Counted from the stretch's first letter, positions 1-8,698 are shown. The stretch is DNA of 64,000 nt from a virus (IMGVR_UViG_3300037587_000516:1-64000), one strand, 5' to 3'. The notes: generated by a model not told the origin, from the sequence alone. Translations and numbers: made by a program.

Positions 1-558
1 CTGGCTTGTTCTAGTATCGCTTGGTTGGGCATTTGTTTTGTCTGGGGCGGTGATGACATGAAATTACGGTGGTATGTAGAAGAAGAATGGAGAGTAACGG
101 GAGATATTAATTGGGATGGGGAGACTTTTATGTGCCCGCAGCTGGTTGAGAGTGAGCCGGTTCTTCAATACTGGGACGACCAACTACAACTGTGGGAGGA
201 GATTCCTGTTGAGAGGGTGCTGGTTAATACAAAAGAGGACCCTAGATACTAGGAAGTGTAAAGTATGAAAGACAATGATGGATCGGACGAGATTCTACAA
301 AAGATACATAACGGCCATACTATTGTAAGTACTGGGGAATTACGTGCGGGACTATATTGGTCCATGACATATTTCTTTTCAGACGGGACTTCGGTAACGA
401 TGAGAAGCTCAGTAGATCGTGACAAGTGCTGCATTATGCAAGACCCAGACTATATCTTCTAGTGTAATAAGCGAGTGTATTTTAAAAAAATATTTACAGG
501 TGCGCTCTTGCACTGTACCAGGGTCGAGTCGACTCGCAAAACAAAGGTACCCCCCCTC

Positions 559-672
559 CGGCACACTTCTTGCACTAGCAACATCCATACCACACACCTG
601 GCACACTTCTTGCACAAGCAAACCACAGGCCACCAGCCTGGCACACCAATTGCAATAGCAACATCCATACCA
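559..672. repeat. Array of 3 x 40-bp units, each with two convergent sigma54 (RpoN) -24/-12 consensus boxes
   Basis: + strand: CGGCAC-ACTTC-TTGCA 559-574, TGGCAC-ACTTC-TTGCA 599-614, TGGCAC-ACCAA-TTGCA 639-654. - strand: TGGTAT-GGATG-TTGCT 577-592 and 657-672, TGGCCT-GTGGT-TTGCT 617-632. All GG-N10-GC. Confidence 0.8.
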
Positions 673-833
673 CCACACCACCGTCTCATACTGATACGCA
701 GCCCTCACAGCCCCACCACGCAATTCTAACACCAAACCCACACCATTACATACCTCACCACCAACGTGCAGTGGAGAGCCTCTCAAGAGCTAACAGCATT
801 AGTATCAAGCCAGCATCTTTTTACAAATAAAGC

Positions 834-860
834 TAAAGTTCCTTGACCACCAGCCGATAA
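834..860 (+). promoter_or_regulatory. sigma28 (FliA)-type promoter
   Basis: TAAAGTT...GCCGATAA, 15-nt spacer after TAAA; upstream of ORF 902. Confidence 0.8.
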
Positions 861-901
861 GCTTAGTATCTAACAAGAACCACTAACCAAAGGACGTAAC
901 G

Positions 902-1129
902 ATGACTAAAAGAGACGCCAAAGCATTACTAAAGCAAAGCGGGAAGAGCCCAGCAGAGATCAAGTCAATCTATGATAAGCACACCAATCCACTAGGATTC
1001 AGCTTTTCTAACAGTCAATGGGCCAACGCAATAGGGACAGCATTAGCCGAAGCAGTAGGGATACCAGCAGCATTTTCACTAAAAGGACCTTCCGTTGACG
1101 CTATAGCTAATCTAATGGACCAGGACTAA
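902..1129 (+). CDS. hypothetical early protein
   Basis: ORF with AAAGGA RBS, directly downstream of a sigma28 promoter. Confidence 0.7.
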   Translation: MTKRDAKALLKQSGKSPAEIKSIYDKHTNPLGFSFSNSQWANAIGTALAEAVGIPAAFSLKGPSVDAIANLMDQD

Positions 1130-1137
1130 AATAGTCC

Positions 1138-1164
1138 TAAAGTTATCCAGCAGATAGCCGATAA
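1138..1164 (+). promoter_or_regulatory. sigma28 (FliA)-type promoter
   Basis: TAAA-N15-GCCGATAA. Confidence 0.8.
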
Positions 1165-1193
1165 GCTTACTAACACTAACAAAGGAAAGACTA

Positions 1194-1328
1194 ATGGAAA
1201 AACTAATCGCGATTGTAATGGGACTTGTACTAGTAGGAACTATGGTAATGGCGTCTAACGTCTTCGTAGGGCTAAGTGACGGGCGAGTCAATACGGTAGT
1301 GGGCCAATTAGTCAACCCGCATAACTAA
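1194..1328 (+). CDS. 44-aa membrane peptide, paralogue of 5825..5959 (not in ORF track)
   Basis: MEKLIAIVMGLVLVGTMVMASNVFVGLSDGRVNTVVGQLVNPHN; AAAGGA RBS; hydrophobic N-half. Confidence 0.7.
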   Translation: MEKLIAIVMGLVLVGTMVMASNVFVGLSDGRVNTVVGQLVNPHN

Positions 1329-1348
1329 TTTAACCAAAGGAGCGTAAC

Positions 1349-1681
1349 ATGAAAAATACAAAACCAAACCTAATAGGCACAGTTCGATGGTTCGATAAAC
1401 TCAGAGGAGAGGGCCTGATACGTATCAAGTCCACCGGTATAAGTGTACCTATCTACTCCTGTAACTTACCAGGAGCCAAAACTCTATTCCCAGAAACAGC
1501 TTGTGTATATCTCAAACGAGACGAAGAGATCTCAATAGACCACATACATGAATCATGCGGTGCAATCGTAACTTCCAGCGACAATATTCACTTCGATGCC
1601 GAAACATGGGACCGAATCAAGGATCAGAACCTAGCCTTTAAATGCAACGATGATGGAACCACCACCGGATTATTTGCCTAA
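1349..1681 (+). CDS. cold-shock (OB-fold) domain-like protein
   Basis: N-terminal GTVRWFDKLRGEGLI resembles CSD GxVKWFxxxKGFGFI. Confidence 0.6.
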   Translation: MKNTKPNLIGTVRWFDKLRGEGLIRIKSTGISVPIYSCNLPGAKTLFPETACVYLKRDEEISIDHIHESCGAIVTSSDNIHFDAETWDRIKDQNLAFKCNDDGTTTGLFA

Positions 1682-1830
1682 CTCAACCTAACAGGAGCAT
1701 AACATGAAAATGATTAAGGTAGGACGAATCAGCAAAAAAAAGCTTGACCGATTACTAGATTTAGGGTATATAGTTATAGTAAGCGGCTAACGATAAGTAT
1801 AGTATAAGTAACCCAGACTAAGGAGAGAAA

Positions 1831-2097
1831 ATGTTACCATTACTTGTAAGTCCCTTTAAACAGGGCGATATAGTTAACAAAAGTATATCCTGTATCTCTA
1901 AGGGTATTAGTGTTTCCATAGAGCAGGTTGCGGACCTAAATTATAAAGGCACCGTATTTCTATTACACGCTCCAAACCGTCAAGGGTGGGGTTATGGTCG
2001 AGGCGACACTCATTGTAAGGAAATACTATCAGGTATTAAGGACTTCCAAGAGCTAGCCGATAAGTATACCTCATGGCTTAACCTAGGGGGTAACTAA
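1831..2097 (+). CDS. hypothetical protein
   Basis: ORF with AAGGAG RBS. Confidence 0.55.
   Translation: MLPLLVSPFKQGDIVNKSISCISKGISVSIEQVADLNYKGTVFLLHAPNRQGWGYGRGDTHCKEILSGIKDFQELADKYTSWLNLGGN
2037..2063 (+). promoter_or_regulatory. sigma28-type promoter (inside 3' end of ORF 1831)
   Basis: TAAG-N15-GCCGATAA. Confidence 0.65.
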
Positions 2098-2196
2098 GTG
2101 AAAAGACTAATGAAGTGGTTTGAATCATTGAAAGAGCCGACTGTAATTAAGACTAGAGCCGAAATAATTCGGGATTTTGAAGCTTAGGGGGATAGT

Positions 2197-2391
2197 ATGA
2201 ACGACAAACTAAGGTTACAAGTATCAAGGACTCAGATACTAGATACTGTTACAGCCGTTGAAAATAAGACCGGCAAGATGTTTCACGACATACAACCAGA
2301 GACTGACACCGAGATTTATGGGGCAGCTTGGTATGATAGGAAGCGGCTAGATGCCATTAAATACTCATTGCAGAGCTATTATGAGCTATAA
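2197..2391 (+). CDS. hypothetical protein
   Basis: GGGGATAGT-ATG RBS motif shared with neighbouring early genes. Confidence 0.6.
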   Translation: MNDKLRLQVSRTQILDTVTAVENKTGKMFHDIQPETDTEIYGAAWYDRKRLDAIKYSLQSYYEL

Positions 2392-2400
2392 GGGGATAGT

Positions 2401-2562
2401 ATGAACAAGAAATCTAGTATTGAGGTCGAGTATTGTATTGAATGTCCTCACCTTATATCCAACGGCCTTGCTGGTGATACTTGTGCCAAATTAGATCGGG
2501 ACATGTTTCCTAGTGATATACCAGATGATTGTCCGCTGGAGGATTGGGACGATACCGAATAA
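2401..2562 (+). CDS. 53-aa Cys-rich protein, paralogue of 4929..5111 (not in ORF track)
   Basis: CxxC...C...IPDDCPLEDW; GGGGATAGT RBS. Confidence 0.7.
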   Translation: MNKKSSIEVEYCIECPHLISNGLAGDTCAKLDRDMFPSDIPDDCPLEDWDDTE

Positions 2563-2614
2563 GCCCTGACAGGCTCACCACTGGACTTTAGTGGGCAAGG
2601 CATATACTGATGTG

Positions 2615-2656
2615 GGTTTAGGATATAAATGCAGTGACAAGGCTCTGAGGAGCTAG
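2615..2656 (+). repeat. 42-bp intergenic element, second copy at 6366-6407
   Basis: GGTTTnGnATATAAATGCAGT-N5-GGCTCTGAGGAGCTAG, 35/42 identical between copies. Confidence 0.7.
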
Positions 2657-2840
2657 AAAGGGGATAGTATGAGTATGGGTGAGGTAATAGTGTTGTCGAT
2701 TATGTTTCCACTACTGGTGGCAAACACGGCTATACTGGTAAAGGGCGTTATAGAAGTGGAAGGCTCTTCGATAGTGTGGGGGCTTATTGGAAGTTTCGGG
2801 GCTCTTATAGCGATTATTCCATTGATAGTAGGGGGTTAGT

Positions 2841-3035
2841 GTGACTAAGGAAGAGAATGAAGGTATTTTGGCATTGGTAAATGCGGTTCAGAAGCTGACA
2901 AAGATAGTTAGTGAGATAAATGCTAAGGTGCGCACGTTAGAAGAGAGCCGGGATTGTTTAGATGCTAAGATTAAGTCCTTAGATACTAGAATAGAGAATC
3001 ACAAGGCTAGGGTTAGGGAATTCGTAGGGAGGTAG
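2841..3035 (+). CDS. coiled-coil hypothetical protein (MTKEE family)
   Basis: RBS; N-terminus similar to ORF 3037. Confidence 0.6.
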   Translation: MTKEENEGILALVNAVQKLTKIVSEINAKVRTLEESRDCLDAKIKSLDTRIENHKARVREFVGR

Positions 3036-3036
3036 T

Positions 3037-3390
3037 ATGACTAAGGAAGAGAAGTTAGAAGGAATATCGGAGTTGATTAGGGCAGATAGAGCCTTAAAGG
3101 ACACTAAGGAAACTATTGATAGCTTTTTTAGTATAATAAACAGGATGATAGATACTAATGCTAAGTTACTAGATATGATTGGGGACTTGTCCGATAGGAC
3201 ACTAGACTTAGAGACTGACAAAGGTAGCAGCGAAGGTGGTGTGAGCCTAAGGGTTAAAGAGTTTGCGGACTTCGTTGATACTCACATGCATGTAGTGGAC
3301 AAGGACCGTAACCTTGTGTCGCCTACATCTGGTTCTACATTGTGGATTGAATATTGGGATCTTAGGGAATTAGTATTGGAGAAGGAATAG
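3037..3390 (+). CDS. hypothetical protein, related to 2841 (N-half) and 3392 (C-half)
   Basis: LRVKEFADFVDTHM..TLWIEYW vs LRLRKFLAFVDTNM..ALWTKYW. Confidence 0.6.
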   Translation: MTKEEKLEGISELIRADRALKDTKETIDSFFSIINRMIDTNAKLLDMIGDLSDRTLDLETDKGSSEGGVSLRVKEFADFVDTHMHVVDKDRNLVSPTSGSTLWIEYWDLRELVLEKE

Positions 3391-3391
3391 T

Positions 3392-3592
3392 ATGTTTGGA
3401 TACAAGATAGTGAAAGAGAGTGACGAAGAGGCTAAGCGGCTAAGGTTGCGGAAGTTTCTGGCCTTTGTTGATACTAATATGACTATGATGGACGCTGTCG
3501 GGAAGTCTGAGGCGGGACAATATGACCCTAAAGAGGTTGCTGCTTTGTGGACTAAGTATTGGATAATGTTTCGTGAAATTACAGGAGGGTAG
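3392..3592 (+). CDS. hypothetical protein
   Basis: RBS; paralogy to ORF 3037; MFGYKIV start also seen as MFGFKIV at 30348. Confidence 0.6.
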   Translation: MFGYKIVKESDEEAKRLRLRKFLAFVDTNMTMMDAVGKSEAGQYDPKEVAALWTKYWIMFREITGG

Positions 3593-4102
3593 TGTGGATT
3601 TAGTTGTGGATAGTATTACGGATTTTGTTACGATTAGTTTAATATCTACTTGTCTGGTGGCATCGGCAGGATTGTGTTTTGTGGTGGTAAAATCGGGACT
3701 GTTGGAAGGATGGTACAGAGTTACTTGCTTTATGGCTGTAATTTCGTTGATACTAATAGCTTATTATGGGTTTAAGTTACTATGCTATTTGGGAATAGGT
3801 ATAAGTTTTTGGGGTATACACATAAGTTCTTGCATATTCTAACTGTAGTACTTATATAGACTCGCTAATCGCTCGGTTGTTTTAAAAGCTTAATGATTAC
3901 ACTTACTAAGCGTACATTTTACTTACTTACTTAATTTACATAATAGATAATAATTAACTTAAGAACTAAAGACCCGAATTTACTTAATAAACATATTGTT
4001 TTAAGAACATAAACAATAACTTAATAGACTATAAGACTTAAAGATGATATAATGGTTTTAGTGTCGCCTCGGCATTAGTTCAGCGACTAGTCTCGCATGC
4101 TA

Positions 4103-4116
4103 TATAGAGTTGTTAA
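4103..4116 (-). promoter_or_regulatory. candidate phage late-promoter motif TTAACAACTCTATA
   Basis: 13/14 identical to the - strand motif at 58959-58972 upstream of virion genes. Confidence 0.4.
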
Positions 4117-4168
4117 ACGGACATGTAAACAGTGCGAATTATTTTCAAATAGTTTCAGAAAGGTTAGT

Positions 4169-4432
4169 ATGCAGACATTAAAAGTAGATAACCATTGGAG
4201 CAAGCCAGGTAATTTTACAGGTAGTGTTGAACATCCTAGTGGAAATAAGCGGTGGTTTTTGAATGGTAAAAGACATAGAGTGGATGGACCTGCTGTTGAA
4301 CATGCTGGTGGATATAAGTTGTGGTATTTGAATGGTGAGAGTATGACAGAAGAAGAGCATACTAGACGTACAGCCTATCTTAGAACTACGCTAGGCAAGC
4401 TTATTTTTAACAAAAAGACTAAAGTTATCTAA
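4169..4432 (+). CDS. HRxDGPA-repeat family copy 1
   Basis: NFTG..E...G.K.WFLNG..HRVDGPA...RTAYLRTTLGKLIF; start moved to ATG 4169. Confidence 0.85.
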   Translation: MQTLKVDNHWSKPGNFTGSVEHPSGNKRWFLNGKRHRVDGPAVEHAGGYKLWYLNGESMTEEEHTRRTAYLRTTLGKLIFNKKTKVI

Positions 4433-4446
4433 CAGGTTGCCGATAA
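4420..4446 (+). promoter_or_regulatory. sigma28-type promoter overlapping 3' end of copy 1
   Basis: TAAAGTT, N15 spacer, GCCGATAA. Confidence 0.8.
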
Positions 4447-4467
4447 GTATAATAACAGGGGGATGAT

Positions 4468-4932
4468 ATGGAAGTATTTAAAGGTTGGGCTTATACTAAG
4501 CCATATAACTTTACAGGAATTGTTGAAGAGCCAGATGGTGATAAGTCTTGGTTTTTGAATGGTGGATTACATAGAGTAGATGGGCCTGCTGTTGAATATG
4601 CTGATGGTGGTAAGACATGGTGGTTGAATGGTAGGAATGTGACAGAGGAAGCGCATACTAAAGCCTGCCTTAAGCTAGGCGAGCTAACAACTAAAGAGCC
4701 GAAAGGCGAGGGTAACACTATGAAGGTTTCTATCAAAACAATAAAGCAAAGTATATTCATCTCCGCATCTGGAGTAGAGGCAGAAATCACTCTATCATCG
4801 GTAGATAAAGTATTTGCAGACAAAGCCAGTGCTTTAATTACTAAGGTCTTAATAGATGCAGGATTGATAAGCGGCTCTTCTACCGTTAAGTCCTTTAGGG
4901 AGTTGGAAATAAAAGATAAGGGGTTAGTATGA
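4468..4932 (+). CDS. HRxDGPA-repeat family copy 2 (family C-terminus replaced by unrelated sequence)
   Basis: MEVFKGW..NFTGIVE..HRVDGPA; lacks the RTTLGKL tail. Confidence 0.75.
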   Translation: MEVFKGWAYTKPYNFTGIVEEPDGDKSWFLNGGLHRVDGPAVEYADGGKTWWLNGRNVTEEAHTKACLKLGELTTKEPKGEGNTMKVSIKTIKQSIFISASGVEAEITLSSVDKVFADKASALITKVLIDAGLISGSSTVKSFRELEIKDKGLV

Positions 4933-5111
4933 GTAAAAATTGTGAGATCGCTCATTGTGGTCAATGTCCTAACTTCGATAACCTTGGGCCAACGTACTTT
5001 GAGTCATGCAGAAAAACAGGGGCAATTGTAGATAAGGATACAACTGCCATTTATGATTCTTATCCTATACCAGATGACTGTCCGCTAGAGGATTGGAACG
5101 ATGCCGAATAA
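4929..5111 (+). CDS. Cys-rich small protein, paralogue of 2401
   Basis: CGQC...C...IPDDCPLEDW. Confidence 0.7.
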   Translation: MSKNCEIAHCGQCPNFDNLGPTYFESCRKTGAIVDKDTTAIYDSYPIPDDCPLEDWNDAE

Positions 5112-5132
5112 TAATTAACAAAGGATAGAATT

Positions 5133-5399
5133 ATGATAGAAATATTAATAGCAGTAGTAGTGACGCTTATTATAGCGGTAGTTGTTTTGTTTAATAAAGT
5201 AAAGCAAGTTAAGGTTTGTTGTGAAAATAAGTATGTCGATTTAGCTTATATAAGGCGAGTAATTGATGGTAGTTGTAATCGTTATGCCGGGGATAGGAAC
5301 ACGGGGCTGTCTCGTAAGGTTGAACGCCTAGAAGAAGAAAACAGCAAGCTTAAGGGCGTGGTAGCAGAAGTGTGCGACTATGTATACAGAGATAAGTAG
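5133..5399 (+). CDS. membrane-anchored coiled-coil protein
   Basis: N-terminal hydrophobic helix; RBS. Confidence 0.6.
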   Translation: MIEILIAVVVTLIIAVVVLFNKVKQVKVCCENKYVDLAYIRRVIDGSCNRYAGDRNTGLSRKVERLEEENSKLKGVVAEVCDYVYRDK

Positions 5400-5745
5400 A
5401 GGTAGTGTTTTGAATTATACTAAGATAGACTATCATTGGAATATGTCGAGCGGTTTCACTGGATGCACAAAGGATTCAATGGGAATCATTGCTTACTCTG
5501 TTAAGGGCAGGTTTCACCGAGAAGGTGGACCCGCCGTGATATATCCAGATGGTATAAAGAGGTGGTACCAGCATGGCGAATTACACAGACTTGACGGACC
5601 TGCAATTGAACATGAAGGACGTGAATACCGAACCGCATACTACCTTAATGGCCAATTTGTTACGGTAGAAGAGCATACTTTAAGGACAGCCTGGACTAAA
5701 ACAACACTAGGCAAATTAATTTTAAAAAAGACTAAAGTAATTTGA
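5380..5745 (+). CDS. HRxDGPA-repeat family copy 3 (divergent, two repeats; start uncertain)
   Basis: FHREGGPA, LHRLDGPA, RTAWTKTTLGKLI. Confidence 0.75.
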   Translation: MYTEISRGSVLNYTKIDYHWNMSSGFTGCTKDSMGIIAYSVKGRFHREGGPAVIYPDGIKRWYQHGELHRLDGPAIEHEGREYRTAYYLNGQFVTVEEHTLRTAWTKTTLGKLILKKTKVI

Positions 5746-5759
5746 CAAGACACCGATAA
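5733..5759 (+). promoter_or_regulatory. sigma28-type promoter overlapping 3' end of copy 3
   Basis: TAAA-N15-ACCGATAA. Confidence 0.75.
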
Positions 5760-5824
5760 GCTTAGTATGTTAGACGAAACATCTAACGATAACAAAGACA
5801 ATCATTAACTAAAGGACGTAACGC

Positions 5825-5959
5825 ATGGAAAAATTAATAACGATTGTATTGGGACTTGTCTTAGCTGGCACTGTAATAATGGCCGCGAGTGTTTTCTCAG
5901 GACTAAATGATGGCAGAGTTGAAACCGCAGTAGGCCAATTAGTTAAGGGGGCGAAATGA
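5825..5959 (+). CDS. 44-aa membrane peptide, paralogue of 1194 (not in ORF track)
   Basis: MEKLITIVLGLVLAGTVIMAASVFSGLNDGRVETAVGQLVKGAK; stop overlaps next ATG. Confidence 0.7.
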   Translation: MEKLITIVLGLVLAGTVIMAASVFSGLNDGRVETAVGQLVKGAK

Positions 5960-6162
5960 AATTTACAGCAAATTATTTAGAGAATTCTTGCGAGTATGAG
6001 ATTTTTGTAAACGGCGATATTCTTTGTCACGTTCATACATCGGACTATGACATCTTTAAAGATGCGTTTAAGTATGAAATAACTCAGATCAACGTCGATG
6101 CGGAAATGTCTGAAACTGAGTCGGATAATCATATTGATAAATTGGTAAAGGGGGCGAAATGA
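5956..6162 (+). CDS. hypothetical acidic protein
   Basis: ATGA overlaps at both ends. Confidence 0.6.
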   Translation: MKFTANYLENSCEYEIFVNGDILCHVHTSDYDIFKDAFKYEITQINVDAEMSETESDNHIDKLVKGAK

Positions 6163-6359
6163 AACAGGACATTCGACAGCAATCAAGCAAAGAGCTAAGC
6201 TTAATCGTGTTTAATACTGAGCTGCTTTATAATTTTGTAGCCGCGCAGCAATTGGGACAGCTTAGGACTGTCATACATGATAAGTATGACGTTAATTCGG
6301 AACAGCTTAGAACGCTCGAAATTGACATTACAAACCACCTAGTTGAAAATGCTCACTAG
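6159..6359 (+). CDS. hypothetical protein
   Basis: translationally coupled ORF. Confidence 0.55.
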   Translation: MKQDIRQQSSKELSLIVFNTELLYNFVAAQQLGQLRTVIHDKYDVNSEQLRTLEIDITNHLVENAH

Positions 6360-6416
6360 GGTATAGGTTTGGTATATAAATGCAGTAGTGGGGCTCTGAG
6401 GAGCTAGGGAGATAGT

Positions 6417-6812
6417 ATGAAAACAATTAGCTTAGATTATCATTGGAATAGGCCAGATAATTTCACAGGAATAGTTGAGGACTTTGATGGGAATAAATTT
6501 TGGTTTTTGAATGGCGAAGTACATAGACTTGACGGACCTGCTATTGAGTATGCTGATGGTACTAAGTCATGGTATTTGAAGGGAGCGTGGCATAGATTAG
6601 ATGGACCTGCTAGTGAATATGCTGATGGTAGTAAGTTTTGGTTTTTGAATGGTGAGATTATGTCAGAGGAAGCGCATTTTAAAAGAACGGCGTCTTCTAA
6701 ACAAACGGACCATGTTGTGTACTATAAAGAAATGTTATGTGTATTGACAACACCAGACAATATACTAAAAATAAAAGAAAGTCCTTGCATGTTGTACTTA
6801 GGCAAGTTATAA
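6417..6812 (+). CDS. HRxDGPA-repeat family copy 4 (two repeats, altered C-terminus)
   Basis: HRLDGPA x2. Confidence 0.8.
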   Translation: MKTISLDYHWNRPDNFTGIVEDFDGNKFWFLNGEVHRLDGPAIEYADGTKSWYLKGAWHRLDGPASEYADGSKFWFLNGEIMSEEAHFKRTASSKQTDHVVYYKEMLCVLTTPDNILKIKESPCMLYLGKL

Positions 6813-6834
6813 TGTTTTAAACCGGGGGGATAGT

Positions 6835-7125
6835 ATGAATATAGTTATGATTATTTTAACAGCTATGTTGATAGTAGGATGTGGTAATAGTTCTATGTCA
6901 GTAGAGGATAGTGAGCATGTTGCATATGTGAGTATTGCCACGACGTGGCAGGAAATATGCGAGGATAGATTCAACAAATATGATTATCCTGATCTAGATG
7001 AGATGGACTATCAACAAGCAGAGTGCAGACGTAAATTTGCAAGTGGCGAGGAAGAGCTAGACATTCCAGAACTTCCAAATATGCCAGATATGTCAGACTT
7101 ACCAGACTTGCCAATACTAGAGTAG
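6835..7125 (+). CDS. putative lipoprotein
   Basis: signal peptide with lipobox IVGC; (L/M)P(D/E/N) repeat tail. Confidence 0.6.
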   Translation: MNIVMIILTAMLIVGCGNSSMSVEDSEHVAYVSIATTWQEICEDRFNKYDYPDLDEMDYQQAECRRKFASGEEELDIPELPNMPDMSDLPDLPILE

Positions 7126-7251
7126 TGGGCGGCATGTTATGGGAATATTAGCCGTTTTATTTTACATTACAATATCGGTGGTTATTGTTCTAGGCATGTT
7201 ATTTATGGCTGCCACAAGTGACCACAGTAATTTTTAACAAAGGGATATATA

Positions 7252-7554
7252 GTGAAATTATTATTTACAGTGTTTGTGTTATTTGGTTTAGTTGGATGCA
7301 GTTCTTCAAATTCTGATTTTTTAAAGGAAAACGCAGCAAGTAGATGGGAAAAGCAGGGATTTAGTGTTGTTGATTACGAGGGATATGTGTTTGGGTTAGG
7401 ACTTCCTTTTATTTCATACGGAGGGGCAGCGGTTTGGTATAGACTTAAAAAGATTCCAGACAATGGAATAACATACTCAGGATATTTGCGAAGGTGGGGG
7501 GATGAAATTCATGTGTATGGTCCCTTTGCTACTGAGGCAATTTCCCCTAAATAA
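7252..7554 (+). CDS. putative lipoprotein
   Basis: lipobox LVGC after hydrophobic stretch. Confidence 0.6.
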   Translation: MKLLFTVFVLFGLVGCSSSNSDFLKENAASRWEKQGFSVVDYEGYVFGLGLPFISYGGAAVWYRLKKIPDNGITYSGYLRRWGDEIHVYGPFATEAISPK

Positions 7555-7588
7555 AATTTAAGAAATTGAAAAATTAAGAAAATAAAGC

Positions 7589-7615
7589 TAAAGTTTTTTG
7601 GACAGATGCCGATTA
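7589..7615 (+). promoter_or_regulatory. sigma28-type promoter
   Basis: TAAAGTTT, N15 spacer, GCCGATTA. Confidence 0.7.
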
Positions 7616-7638
7616 GTATAGTAACAAAGGATGGTAGG

Positions 7639-8028
7639 ATGTTAGCAGATAGAAATATAGAAATAGCGCCGTTTGTGTTGGTTAATTTCCAGGCAGATTG
7701 CCCGGTCGTTGCAGCACAGACATTGAACGCATTGGGATTTGTTAGGTTCAAGAGAGTAAAGGGGTTTAATAAGAACAAAGAGACCGATTTATATTTTGTA
7801 GAGTTTAACGGACCGGAGCAGCTTCAAACTTTAATAGGGCTGGGCATGGATAACAAGCAGGGCAATTTTATTATCGGTGATTCAGAGCGAAAAGTTGAGC
7901 TATTTACAAATTATGATTCTAAAAATGAATTACTAGGAACATTAACAAACGTTCCTTTAAATATAGCCAAGGAAAATGAGTGGTATTTATTCGACGAGGT
8001 TAGTAATTCTTATTTTACAACATTATAA
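7639..8028 (+). CDS. hypothetical protein (start moved downstream of promoter)
   Basis: ATG 7639 in frame with track ORF 7606, preceded by AAGGA/AGGA. Confidence 0.55.
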   Translation: MLADRNIEIAPFVLVNFQADCPVVAAQTLNALGFVRFKRVKGFNKNKETDLYFVEFNGPEQLQTLIGLGMDNKQGNFIIGDSERKVELFTNYDSKNELLGTLTNVPLNIAKENEWYLFDEVSNSYFTTL

Positions 8029-8040
8029 AAGGGGCTTATT

Positions 8041-8511
8041 GTGACTAAAGTAATGACATTAATCTTATTTTCAGTATTGATGATTGGTTGCGGGACCAGT
8101 TCAGTGATTTACATTCCCGGCGAGCGTGGGGAAAATGGACTGAATGGAAACAGTGGGCACGATTCACTGATTAACTTTAGTGATATAGAGGGCGGCTTTG
8201 TGGTTGCAACGGGGATTGATTTGGATGATGATGGCATTTTGGCACAGACCGAAGTCATGTATCTAAATACTCTCTACAACGGTACTGCTGGCATTAATGG
8301 GACCAATGCAGAGCATGCTATTGATTTAATTATTGATCCGTGTGGCGACGGTAGGGGCATTGACGAGATTGTTTTGATAACCACTAATGGAGTACTAAGC
8401 TGGTATCATAACATCGGGCTAGTTTTATTAGGTGACGGCAATCATACTACTAACGACAGGCAACGTTGCAAGTTTAGTATTGTTAACGGTAGTTTCGTGG
8501 AGGTTGACTAA
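8041..8511 (+). CDS. putative lipoprotein with short collagen-like G-X-Y runs
   Basis: lipobox MIGC; GERGENGLNGNSG; GIDLDDDGIL; GTAGINGTN. Confidence 0.6.
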   Translation: MTKVMTLILFSVLMIGCGTSSVIYIPGERGENGLNGNSGHDSLINFSDIEGGFVVATGIDLDDDGILAQTEVMYLNTLYNGTAGINGTNAEHAIDLIIDPCGDGRGIDEIVLITTNGVLSWYHNIGLVLLGDGNHTTNDRQRCKFSIVNGSFVEVD

Positions 8512-8698
8512 TGTATGAATTAAATGGTTTAGCTAATATAGATATGATTTTAAAGATGACCGATGATTCGGACATAAGTCCAGAACTAAAAAAGAAAATA
8601 CAAGAGCAAGTTGATTTGTCAATTATATATTTTCGGACATTACAAACAGATAGTTCTATAAAATGGCATGAAATTATTGCTAAGTCAAGGGAATCTAA

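Noticed and set aside
559-672. CRISPR mini-array
   Set aside because: Period is only 40 bp, the inter-repeat parts are themselves repeated motifs rather than unique spacers, and there is no cas operon.
409-786. Overlapping ORFs on both strands at 409-786
   Set aside because: Low-complexity products with no RBS; better explained by the motif array and compositional skew.
1769-1796. Eighth sigma28 promoter (TATAGTT...AACGATAA)
   Set aside because: Both boxes are degenerate and the spacing is 16 nt; not counted.
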